The position numbers and the translations under genes were made by a program. Positions 7,586 through 15,479 of a DNA stretch of 16,671 nt are shown here, piece after piece (the stretch's first letter is position 1; the number at the start of each line of letters is the position of its first letter). The notes under the pieces are model-generated. The model worked only from the letters and a program-made list of their open reading frames with translations, was not told the origin of the DNA and did no database searches. Origin of the DNA: Fidelibacterota bacterium (GTDB taxonomy: Bacteria > Fidelibacterota > Marinisomatia > Marinisomatales > S15-B10); contig JBHIAI010000031.1 in NCBI GenBank assembly GCA_046861655.1, forward strand, positions 1-16,671, given 5' to 3'.

Positions 7586-8742
7586 AGGCTGATCCGGTTA
7601 ACGTAGCAACAGGAACGTATTTTATGGATGGCGATCACGCCTGCGCCGAGGGGGCCATCGCCGCCGGATGCCGCTTTTTTGCGGGGTACCCCATCACACC
7701 ATCCACCGAGGCTGCCGAACGCATCGCCGGGCGTTTTCCCAAAGTGGGCGGCATGTTCATTCAGATGGAAGACGAACTGGCCTCCATGGCGGCGGTGGCC
7801 GGCGCGGCCTGGGCCGGAACCAAAGCCATGACGGTCACATCCGGACCTGGATTCTCTCTGATGATGGAGAACATCGGTCTGGCCGCCATGCTGGAAACCC
7901 CCTGCGTGGTTGTGAACGTCCAGCGGGGCGGACCCTCCACGGGCCTTCCCACTCTCACGGGTCAAGCGGATATGATGCAGGCCCGCTGGGGCTCCCACGG
8001 TGACTACGAGATCATCGCCATTTCTCCCAATTCACCCCAGGAGTGCTTCGACCTTACCGTAACGGCGTTCAATCTGAGTGAAATCTGGAGGGTACCGGTC
8101 CTTTTCATGATGGATGAGTGCGTGGGACACATGACCGAAAAGGTGGTCATTCCTGACCCGGGAGAGATTGAGATCGTTTCCAGAAAATACTACCGGGGCA
8201 AGAAAAGACCGTACAAACCCTTCAAGTTCAACGGCCAGGCAAGACTGGCCCCCATGTCGAAGGCCGGAAACGGTCACTATTTCCACATCACCGGGCTGAC
8301 CCACGACGAACGGGGATACCCTGTGATTAACGCCGAGGCCCAGGACAAGAACGTTCGCCACCTGGTAAACAAAATCCGGGATAACGAGGAGAAGATTCAG
8401 ATCATCGAGGAGGACCGCATCAACGGCGCAGAGGTGGTGGTTGTCTCTTTCGGCATCTCATCGAGGGTCGCCCGTAGGGGAGTGGACATAGCCCGGAAAC
8501 AGGGGATCCGGGTGGGTACCCTCCGATTGATAACGGTCTGGCCCTTTCCTGAGAAAAGAATCCGTCAGCTGGCTGAGCGGGTGAGGGCTTTTGTGGTCCC
8601 CGAAATCAATATGGGCCAGATTGTGTTTGAAGTGGAGCGGGTGGCGGCGGGGAATGCCAGGAGCATCCTGGTGCCCCATGCCGGAGGGTGGGTACACGAT
8701 CCCCAGGATATCGCCCGGGCAATCCAGGAGGCTGCCCGATGA
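7582..8742 (+). CDS. korA: 2-oxoacid:ferredoxin oxidoreductase alpha subunit (probably 2-oxoglutarate)
   Basis: FAGYPITPSTE, QMEDELAS, TSGPGFSLMME, NVQRGGPSTGLPT, QARWGSHGD, TGLTHDERGYP, WPFP, PEINMGQ. Confidence 0.93.
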   Translation: MKADPVNVATGTYFMDGDHACAEGAIAAGCRFFAGYPITPSTEAAERIAGRFPKVGGMFIQMEDELASMAAVAGAAWAGTKAMTVTSGPGFSLMMENIGLAAMLETPCVVVNVQRGGPSTGLPTLTGQADMMQARWGSHGDYEIIAISPNSPQECFDLTVTAFNLSEIWRVPVLFMMDECVGHMTEKVVIPDPGEIEIVSRKYYRGKKRPYKPFKFNGQARLAPMSKAGNGHYFHITGLTHDERGYPVINAEAQDKNVRHLVNKIRDNEEKIQIIEEDRINGAEVVVVSFGISSRVARRGVDIARKQGIRVGTLRLITVWPFPEKRIRQLAERVRAFVVPEINMGQIVFEVERVAAGNARSILVPHAGGWVHDPQDIARAIQEAAR

Positions 8743-9653
8743 CACCCGGTGAAAGGGACCTTACGGATACTTTGCCCATTCCCGAACCTCCGGAACGTCT
8801 CTCCCATCCCATAGAAGAGTTTCTCAGGACTGAAAGACTTCCCCATGTCTGGTGTTCCGGATGCGGTATCGGCACCGTCCTGACCGCCTTTATTTCCGGA
8901 CTTCAGAAGTCGGGACTCGATGCCAGGAAGGTATCCGTTGTCTCCGGTATCGGATGCTCCGGTCGGGCTGCCGGGTATCTCCGGCTGGATTCTTTCCACA
9001 CCACCCACGGACGGGCCATACCGTTCGCCACCGGCCTGGCCCTGGGAAACCCGGAACTCAAGGTGGTCATCATTTCAGGGGACGGCGATCTCGTAGCCAT
9101 CGGAGGCAATCACTTCATTCATGCCGCCCGCCGGAACATCGATATGACCGTGATTTGCATCAATAACTACAACTACGCCATGACGGGCGGTCAAGTTGGC
9201 CCCACCACTCCCCTTCAGGCCAGGGCGTCCACGGCACCGTACGGCAGTTATGAATACCCCTTCAATCTCGCGTACCTGGCGGAATCAAGCGGAGCGGTTT
9301 ACGTTGCCCGGTGGACGGCCCTGCATGTTCGACGGTTGACCAAGGCCATTGCCGAGGCCCTCGGTAAGCCCGGGTTCTCATTCATCGAGGTCATCTGCCC
9401 CTGCCCCACACTGTACGATCGTCTGAACCGGCTGGGTGACGGCATCGATTCCCTGAGGTTCTATCACGATAACGCCCATATCCAGCACGGTGCCAACACC
9501 CGGGATGTGGACATCGGATTTCAGCAAAGAATCGTCGTCGGAAAATTCGTAGACAAGGAAAAGCCAACCTTCCTGGATCAATACCACAGGTTCATGAAGG
9601 AGAAACTGGGAGATCAATTCACCCCCTACCGGAAACCCGACCATGGACATTAG
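8739..9653 (+). CDS. korB: 2-oxoacid:ferredoxin oxidoreductase beta subunit (TPP-binding)
   Basis: WCSGCG, SGIGCSGR, HTTHGRA, TPP motif GDGD...IGGNH...NNYNYAMTGGQ, CPT. Start at ATG 8739 overlapping the korA TGA. Confidence 0.93.
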   Translation: MTPGERDLTDTLPIPEPPERLSHPIEEFLRTERLPHVWCSGCGIGTVLTAFISGLQKSGLDARKVSVVSGIGCSGRAAGYLRLDSFHTTHGRAIPFATGLALGNPELKVVIISGDGDLVAIGGNHFIHAARRNIDMTVICINNYNYAMTGGQVGPTTPLQARASTAPYGSYEYPFNLAYLAESSGAVYVARWTALHVRRLTKAIAEALGKPGFSFIEVICPCPTLYDRLNRLGDGIDSLRFYHDNAHIQHGANTRDVDIGFQQRIVVGKFVDKEKPTFLDQYHRFMKEKLGDQFTPYRKPDHGH

Positions 9654-10227
9654 AATTTCAGGGTTCGGGGGACAGGGAATCATCAAGGCCGGATTCCTGG
9701 TAGGGAAGGCCGCTTCCCTGTTTGATGGAAAACACGCCACGCTGAATCAGAGTTTCGGACCCGAGGCCCGGGGCGGGGCGTGTTCGGCCCAGGTCATCAT
9801 CTCAGACTCACCCGTGTTCTATCCCTACATCATGGCTACTGAGATCCTGGTCGCCATGTCCCAGGAGGCCTACGACAGATTCGCCGGCGATCTCCACGGG
9901 AAAGGGATCCTTCTTTATGACGCCGATCTCGTGACCCCCGGGAATACGCCGAAAGGGGTGAAATCATTTTCCATCCCCTCCACGCGGATCGCCGAAGAGA
10001 TGGGAAACAGGATTTTCGCCAACGTGGTCATGGTCGGATTTTTTGCCGCAATCACACAAATGGTGACGCCGGAGGCCGTCAGGAAGGCCCTCCCTGGATC
10101 GGTACCGAGCCGTTTTGTGGACAAGAATATCGAAGCGTTCGATCGAGGTTTCACCTACGGAAAGGATTTGTTGAAGGAGAACTCAAGGGCATCCCTCGCA
10201 GAGCAGGGTGTTAGTCCTGTCCTGTAA
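9643..10227 (+). CDS. korC: 2-oxoacid:ferredoxin oxidoreductase gamma subunit
   Basis: IRISGFGGQGII, QSFGPEARGGAC, LVAMSQEAY, ANVVMVG, NIEAFDRG. Confidence 0.92.
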   Translation: MDIRISGFGGQGIIKAGFLVGKAASLFDGKHATLNQSFGPEARGGACSAQVIISDSPVFYPYIMATEILVAMSQEAYDRFAGDLHGKGILLYDADLVTPGNTPKGVKSFSIPSTRIAEEMGNRIFANVVMVGFFAAITQMVTPEAVRKALPGSVPSRFVDKNIEAFDRGFTYGKDLLKENSRASLAEQGVSPVL

Positions 10228-10334
10228 TATGTGACTCCCTACGAGGTAGCCATATTGCATCTCTCATCCTGCTCCTGCGCAGGGATGCTTCACCGCTGGG
10301 ATCCCACCCTGGCAAACGGTGGGCCAGGGGGAGA

Positions 10335-12176
10335 ATGACAGAAATCACCCGAGAAGACCTGGACACCATCAGAGAAGAATCCAGGGAATCCCTCCGCCTT
10401 GAGGAACGGGGAGCCCGGGCGAAGATCACTGTTCATATGGGCACTTGTGGTCTTGCGGCAGGCGCACAGACTGTCATGGATGCCCTGCTAGAGATCAGGC
10501 AAGAGGAAAACGGGACCGACGTCATCCTCTCCAGTTCTGGCTGCGCCGGTCTCTGCAGTCGCGAACCCATGCTGACGGTGGAATTGTTGGGGAAGGATCC
10601 TGTCAAATATGCGGATCTCACCGAAAACAAGGCCCGAAAGATCTTTGAAGAACACGTCCAGGGCGGTAGGCCCGTCATGGAATATGCCCTCCCCCCGGAT
10701 TCCCGGATGGACTTTTTCAAACACCAGATGCTTGTGGCTCTACGAAACCGCGGGCTCACGGATCCAGAAAGCGTCGATGAATACATCGGCCGGGGTGGGT
10801 ATGAGGGACTGGCCAAGGCTCTCCTGGAGATGACTCCCGAGGAGATCATTGAGGAGGTAAAGACATCCAGGATCAGGGGCCGGGGTGGGGCCGGGTTTCC
10901 CACCGGGGTGAAGTGGGAGTTCTGTCGCGGGGCACCGGGTGACAGGAAATACCTGGTCTGCAACGCGGATGAGGGGGACCCGGGAGCGTTCATGGACCGG
11001 AGTATTCTCGAGTCTGACCCCCATTCGGTTCTTGAAGGGATGACCATTGCCGCCCGGGCCATCGGAGCTTCCCAAGGAATCGTGTACGTGAGGGATGAAT
11101 ACCCTTTGGCCATGAAGAGGCTGGAGATTGCCATCGATCAGTCCGAATCCTACGGCCTGCTGGGAGAGGACATCCTTGGAAGCGGTTGGGGCTTTCGGGT
11201 CCGTCTCGTAAGGGGCGGGGGAGCCTTCGTTTGCGGGGAGGAAACTGCCCTGATCGCTTCCCTCCAGGGCCTTCCGGGAAGACCCCGGCCCCGACCCCCG
11301 TTTCCCGCCCAGAAGGGACTGTGGGAGAGTCCCACCGTCATCAACAACGTGGAAACATTGGCGAATATTCCCGTCATCATCCAACGCGGCGGTGCCTGGT
11401 ATGCTGGGATCGGCACCGACACCTCCAGGGGAACCAAAGTGTTCTCCCTGGTGGGGAAAGTGAACAACACCGGTTTGGTGGAAGTCCCCATGGGGACCCC
11501 CTTAAGAACAATCATCTTTGATATCGGCGGGGGCGTTCCCGACGGAAAGAAATTCAAGGCTGTCCAGACCGGAGGACCCTCCGGTGGGTGCATCCCGGAG
11601 GCCCTTATGGACCTTCCCGTTGACTATGAACAACTCACCAAAGCCGGGTCCATCATGGGCTCGGGAGGACTCATCGTCATGGACGAGAGCTCCTGTATGG
11701 TGGATGTGGCCCGCTACTTCCTGGGCTTCCTCATGGAGGAATCGTGCGGAAAATGCACCCCCTGCCGGGAAGGTATCCTGAGGATGCACGAAATCCTAAC
11801 GGACATTACCCGGGGAAAGGGGACCCTCAACCAGCTGGACCTGCTCCAAGAGCTGGCCCTGGTTGTGAAGGATGCCTCCCTCTGCGGACTGGGAGCCACC
11901 GCCCCCAATCCCGTCCTGACAACGCTGAAGTACTTTCGTCCTGAATACGAAGCTCACATCACGGACCTGACCTGTCCCGCTGGCGTCTGCCCGGACCTGA
12001 TCACCTACCGAATCGATCCTGACCTGTGTACCGGCTGCCTGGTGTGCAAGAGACTGTGCCCGTCCGAAGCCATCACCGGGGAAAGACAGGTGCCCCATTC
12101 AATAGATGCTGAACTCTGCATAAAGTGCGGTGCCTGCGAGGAAAGTTGCCGATTCCATGCCGTCATCAGGGAATGA
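10335..12176 (+). CDS. NADH/FMN-binding HydB/NuoF-like (BfuB-type) subunit with N-terminal thioredoxin-like FeS domain and C-terminal 2x[4Fe-4S]
   Basis: HMGTCG..SGCAGLC N-domain; RGRGGAGFPTGVKW; CNADEGDPGAFMDR; GAFVCGEETAL; GGPSGGC; ESCGKCTPCREG; SLCGLG; EAHI..CPAGVC; CTGCLVCKRLCP / CIKCGACEESC. Confidence 0.93.
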   Translation: MTEITREDLDTIREESRESLRLEERGARAKITVHMGTCGLAAGAQTVMDALLEIRQEENGTDVILSSSGCAGLCSREPMLTVELLGKDPVKYADLTENKARKIFEEHVQGGRPVMEYALPPDSRMDFFKHQMLVALRNRGLTDPESVDEYIGRGGYEGLAKALLEMTPEEIIEEVKTSRIRGRGGAGFPTGVKWEFCRGAPGDRKYLVCNADEGDPGAFMDRSILESDPHSVLEGMTIAARAIGASQGIVYVRDEYPLAMKRLEIAIDQSESYGLLGEDILGSGWGFRVRLVRGGGAFVCGEETALIASLQGLPGRPRPRPPFPAQKGLWESPTVINNVETLANIPVIIQRGGAWYAGIGTDTSRGTKVFSLVGKVNNTGLVEVPMGTPLRTIIFDIGGGVPDGKKFKAVQTGGPSGGCIPEALMDLPVDYEQLTKAGSIMGSGGLIVMDESSCMVDVARYFLGFLMEESCGKCTPCREGILRMHEILTDITRGKGTLNQLDLLQELALVVKDASLCGLGATAPNPVLTTLKYFRPEYEAHITDLTCPAGVCPDLITYRIDPDLCTGCLVCKRLCPSEAITGERQVPHSIDAELCIKCGACEESCRFHAVIRE

Positions 12177-12189
12177 CGGGGGACTGTCG

Positions 12190-12642
12190 ATGAACCTTGA
12201 CCGTATTGACAGAATCATGAAACAGCATGATTACGAACCATCCAGTGTCATCGCCATGCTCCAGGACATCCAGAAGGACCTGCGGTATCTTCCAAAGGAT
12301 GAGCTGCGGGTTCTTGCGGACAGAATAGGGATACCGGCCAGCCGGGTCTATTCGCTGGCCACCTTTTACAGATCTTTCAGTCTCAAGCCCAGGGGGAGGC
12401 ATCTGGTTCGGGTTTGTATGGGGACTGCCTGCCACGTCAGGGGAGGCGCTTTGATCATGGGCAAGATACTTCGGGACCTGAAAACGGAACCGGGTGAAAT
12501 GACCGTGGACCGGAAGTTCACCGTGGAACCCGTCCGGTGCGTGGGATGCTGCGGTCTGGCTCCCGTCATCGTAATAGACGAAGATTTCTTCGGCAAGATG
12601 ACTCAGCAGAAGACCCCTCGAACACTGCGAAAGTACGAGTAG
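12190..12642 (+). CDS. [2Fe-2S] HydC/NuoE-like (BfuC-type) subunit
   Basis: LQDIQ..RYLP, ATFYRSF, VCMGTACHVRG, RCVGCCGLAPV. ATG 12190 after GGGGGA chosen over 12130, which overlaps the upstream gene. Confidence 0.92.
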   Translation: MNLDRIDRIMKQHDYEPSSVIAMLQDIQKDLRYLPKDELRVLADRIGIPASRVYSLATFYRSFSLKPRGRHLVRVCMGTACHVRGGALIMGKILRDLKTEPGEMTVDRKFTVEPVRCVGCCGLAPVIVIDEDFFGKMTQQKTPRTLRKYE

Positions 12643-12675
12643 TATGGTGTATGAGTAGCAGGTTTCCATCTCATA

Positions 12676-12720
12676 CGTCATTGCGAGGATCCCCACAAAG
12701 CGGGGAGACGTGGCAATCTC
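12676..12720. repeat. CGTC-tagged REP-like palindromic element
   Basis: CGTCATTGCGAG-GATCCCCACAAAGCGGGGA-GACGTGGCAATCTC follows the GTCATTGCGAG...GACG..GCAATCTC layout of CGTC-type palindromic repeats, with an internal TCCCC/GGGGA hairpin. Confidence 0.6.
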
Positions 12721-12752
12721 ATAGTGCTACGGAGCACTACGAAAGGGTAAAG

Positions 12753-13412
12753 ATGGTAGGGATCACCATAGACAACCGCAAGGTAGAGGCCAGGGAGGGA
12801 ACGACGCTCCTGGATGTGTTCCGGAACACCGGGATAAAGGTCCCCACTCTTTGCGCCCACGAGGCCGTTTCACCCTATGCCGCCTGCCGGATGTGCCTGG
12901 TGGAAGTCACTGTGGGCAAACGGACCATGCTGGTGGCCTCATGCAGTCACCCGGTGTCCGAGGGAACGGTGGTCAACACCTCCTCCGAACGGGTCATGAA
13001 CGCCCGGAGAATGGTGGCTGAACTCCTTCTGGCCCGCTCTCCCAACGCCCCCGCAATCCAGAAGATTGCCGGTGAACTGGGCATTACCCGCACCCGCTTC
13101 AAAAAGAGGGATGAAACCTGCATTCTGTGCGGATTGTGTGTCCGGGGCTGTGAGGAAATCGCCGGTCTTGGCGCCATCTCGTTTGCCGGCAGGGGGGTCC
13201 ATACCGAGATGGTGAGTCCTTTCAAGGTTCCATCGGAGGTCTGTGCCGGGTGTACCACCTGTGTCTATCTGTGTCCCACGGACGCCATCCGCCTGGGTGA
13301 CATTCGCGTCATGGAAACGCCTCATCATTTCCATGAAGATATGGATGGGGCCAGGTGTGGACTGTGTGCAGAATATGGAATGGTTCCCACGTTTGGGGAA
13401 GTCCACATCTGA
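12753..13412 (+). CDS. Short FeS subunit similar to the HydA/NuoG N-terminus ([2Fe-2S] + 2x[4Fe-4S]), no catalytic domain
   Basis: PTLC..AACRMCLVEV..VASC ([2Fe-2S]); CILCGLCVRGC and CAGCTTCVYLCPTDA; only 219 aa. ATG 12753 preceded by AAAGGG; the 12537 extension of the ORF track crosses the preceding gene and the repeat. Confidence 0.88.
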   Translation: MVGITIDNRKVEAREGTTLLDVFRNTGIKVPTLCAHEAVSPYAACRMCLVEVTVGKRTMLVASCSHPVSEGTVVNTSSERVMNARRMVAELLLARSPNAPAIQKIAGELGITRTRFKKRDETCILCGLCVRGCEEIAGLGAISFAGRGVHTEMVSPFKVPSEVCAGCTTCVYLCPTDAIRLGDIRVMETPHHFHEDMDGARCGLCAEYGMVPTFGEVHI

Positions 13413-13415
13413 ATC

Positions 13416-15479
13416 ATGACATCCGGCGCAAGGATCGGGGTCTTTATGTGCGATTGCGGAGGGGAAATCCCTGCTGTCCTGGATTCCGACGAATTGCTCC
13501 AGGAGATCACCCGTCTTGAAGGGGTGACCCATGTGGAAAGACTCCCCTACAGCTGTAGTCCCCACGGGGAAGAAACCATCATAGCCCGGATCAGGAACAT
13601 GTCTCTCAGCAGGGTGGTTGTGCTGGGCTGCTCACCCAGAATCATGGAAAAAAGGTTTCAGCGGGTCTGTTCTGATGCGGGATTGAATCCCTTTCTCCTG
13701 GAGATGGTGAACATCCGGGACCAGTGCGTGAGAATCCACGGGTCCGATCCGGGCACGGCCGGAGAAAAGGCCCGGGATCTGGTGAGCCTGGGCCTGGCCA
13801 GAGCCCGTCGTCTCAGTCCCGTGGCACCGGTTGAGGCCGAAATGCACCCGCGGGTGATGGTCGTGGGCACGGGTGTCGCAGGGTGCACCGCAGCCCTCTC
13901 CCTGGCCCGGCAGGAGATCAAGGTCACCCTGGTGGAACCCGGGAAAAAGTCCCGGGGCCCAAAGGACATGATGGACGATATCCGAACATCAAGAAACATA
14001 GATCTGCGCATGGGATCTGAGGTTCTTGCCGTCTCGGGCAGCTACGGAAACCTGAATATCGAAATCGGCTCAGATGACAGCGCTGAAACCATAACATGCG
14101 GAGCCGCGCTCCTGGCCACCGGCGCCGACCACTGGAAACCGAAGGGACTTTTCGGCTACGGTGAGGATTCACGGGTTGTGACTCAATCGGAGCTGAAGGA
14201 GAGGCTCGACACCCATCCCTCTCTCCAGGGGGTGGATAACGTGGTCATGATCCAGTGTGTGGGTGCCCGGACCGATGAAAGACCGTACTGCGGAAGAGTC
14301 TGCTGCCTGTGGGCCGCGGACAACGCCATCCGTCTGAAAAAGGATAAACGGTCTAGAGAGATAACCATCCTGTACCGTGACATTCCCCAGAGGCCCGGCC
14401 CCGGTATGGGAACCCTGGATGAAGCCCGGGAGCTTGGTGTCAGATTCCTCCGTTTCAGCCCCGGGGGACCCCCAGAGGTCCGACCGTCCGGCGTCACGGG
14501 AAATACCACGGATGGACAGACCTATGAGCTCCCCTTTGACCTCCTTGTCCTGTCCACTCCTCCTGTACCCTGGGACTCCTCCCGGGAACTGGCGGCCAGA
14601 TTCCGCATCCCGGTGGATGAATTCGGATTCATCCCGGATACGATGGCCAGCCTGAAGGCCCATCAGTTTGTTGAACCCTGTATTCATCCCGTGGGCAACG
14701 CTCATTGGCCCTGTACCCCATCCGAAGCCATGGTCCAGGCCTACGGTCGATCGGCCCAAATCGCCTCCCTTCTCCAGAGGGGCAAGGTCACCTCCCACCG
14801 TCTCACGGCCACGGTAAAACCCGATGTGTGCAGGGCGTGCGGCACGTGTGTAGAATGGTGTCCGTTCGATGTGCCGGTGATTCAGACCATGAACGGAGGC
14901 CGCCCGGTTTCTTTCATCGACCCCTTTCTTTGCCGGGGGTGTGGATCTTGCGTGGCCCACTGTCCCAATGGGGCCGCAACCATCACCAATCTTGAGGACG
15001 AAGCTTACTTCCACATGATAGAGTCGGTCATGTCTCGCGGCAGTGACAACGGGGTGAGAGCCCTGGCCTTCTTATGCGACTGGAGCGGGAACGCGGTGGC
15101 GGACCTTGCCGGTGTCCGGAGAAAATCTTTGCCCGGGGGTGTGGTTCCCATCCGGTTCCCCTGTGCCGCCAGGATTTCCACAGGTCTCCTGCTCCGGGCG
15201 TTTTCCTGCGGGGCCGATGGGGTACTGGTGGGCATGTGCGGAAAGAGAGAATGTCACTACATGGGCGGCAACACAAATTTCACAAAAAGCGTGAGCGATA
15301 CCGCCCGTATCCTGGCTCTTCTTGGGATTGAAGACAGAAGATTCCAGATGAGGGACATCAGCCCGGTGGATGCGGACGGTTTCTCTAAGATCCTTGGAGA
15401 TTTCGTGACTGAATTGGAAAAACTCAAAGGTTCCGCCCTCAGGTTGCCCTATGCGAAAGCAGAACGGACCGGACCCTGA
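13416..15479 (+). CDS. HdrA-like FAD/FeS protein fused to a C-terminal MvhD-like [2Fe-2S] domain
   Basis: HdrA N-domain GVFMCDCG, YSCS, GCSPR, NIRDQC; VGTGVAG; LLATG; IQCVGAR..YCGRVCC; C-terminal CRACGTCVEWCP / CRGCGSCVAHCP; from about 15051 MvhD-like FLCDWS..DLAG..PCAARI..GADGVLVGMC..ECHY..GN. Confidence 0.88.
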   Translation: MTSGARIGVFMCDCGGEIPAVLDSDELLQEITRLEGVTHVERLPYSCSPHGEETIIARIRNMSLSRVVVLGCSPRIMEKRFQRVCSDAGLNPFLLEMVNIRDQCVRIHGSDPGTAGEKARDLVSLGLARARRLSPVAPVEAEMHPRVMVVGTGVAGCTAALSLARQEIKVTLVEPGKKSRGPKDMMDDIRTSRNIDLRMGSEVLAVSGSYGNLNIEIGSDDSAETITCGAALLATGADHWKPKGLFGYGEDSRVVTQSELKERLDTHPSLQGVDNVVMIQCVGARTDERPYCGRVCCLWAADNAIRLKKDKRSREITILYRDIPQRPGPGMGTLDEARELGVRFLRFSPGGPPEVRPSGVTGNTTDGQTYELPFDLLVLSTPPVPWDSSRELAARFRIPVDEFGFIPDTMASLKAHQFVEPCIHPVGNAHWPCTPSEAMVQAYGRSAQIASLLQRGKVTSHRLTATVKPDVCRACGTCVEWCPFDVPVIQTMNGGRPVSFIDPFLCRGCGSCVAHCPNGAATITNLEDEAYFHMIESVMSRGSDNGVRALAFLCDWSGNAVADLAGVRRKSLPGGVVPIRFPCAARISTGLLLRAFSCGADGVLVGMCGKRECHYMGGNTNFTKSVSDTARILALLGIEDRRFQMRDISPVDADGFSKILGDFVTELEKLKGSALRLPYAKAERTGP

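Noticed and set aside
10335..13412. Calling the trio respiratory complex I nuoEFG or an [FeFe]-hydrogenase
   Set aside because: No membrane or quinone-module nuo genes in the window, and the A subunit is 219 aa with no H-cluster motifs.
15051..15430. Selenocysteine in the MvhD-like domain, as in BamF or some MvhD proteins
   Set aside because: No in-frame TGA; the motif reads CDWS and the other ligands are ordinary Cys codons.
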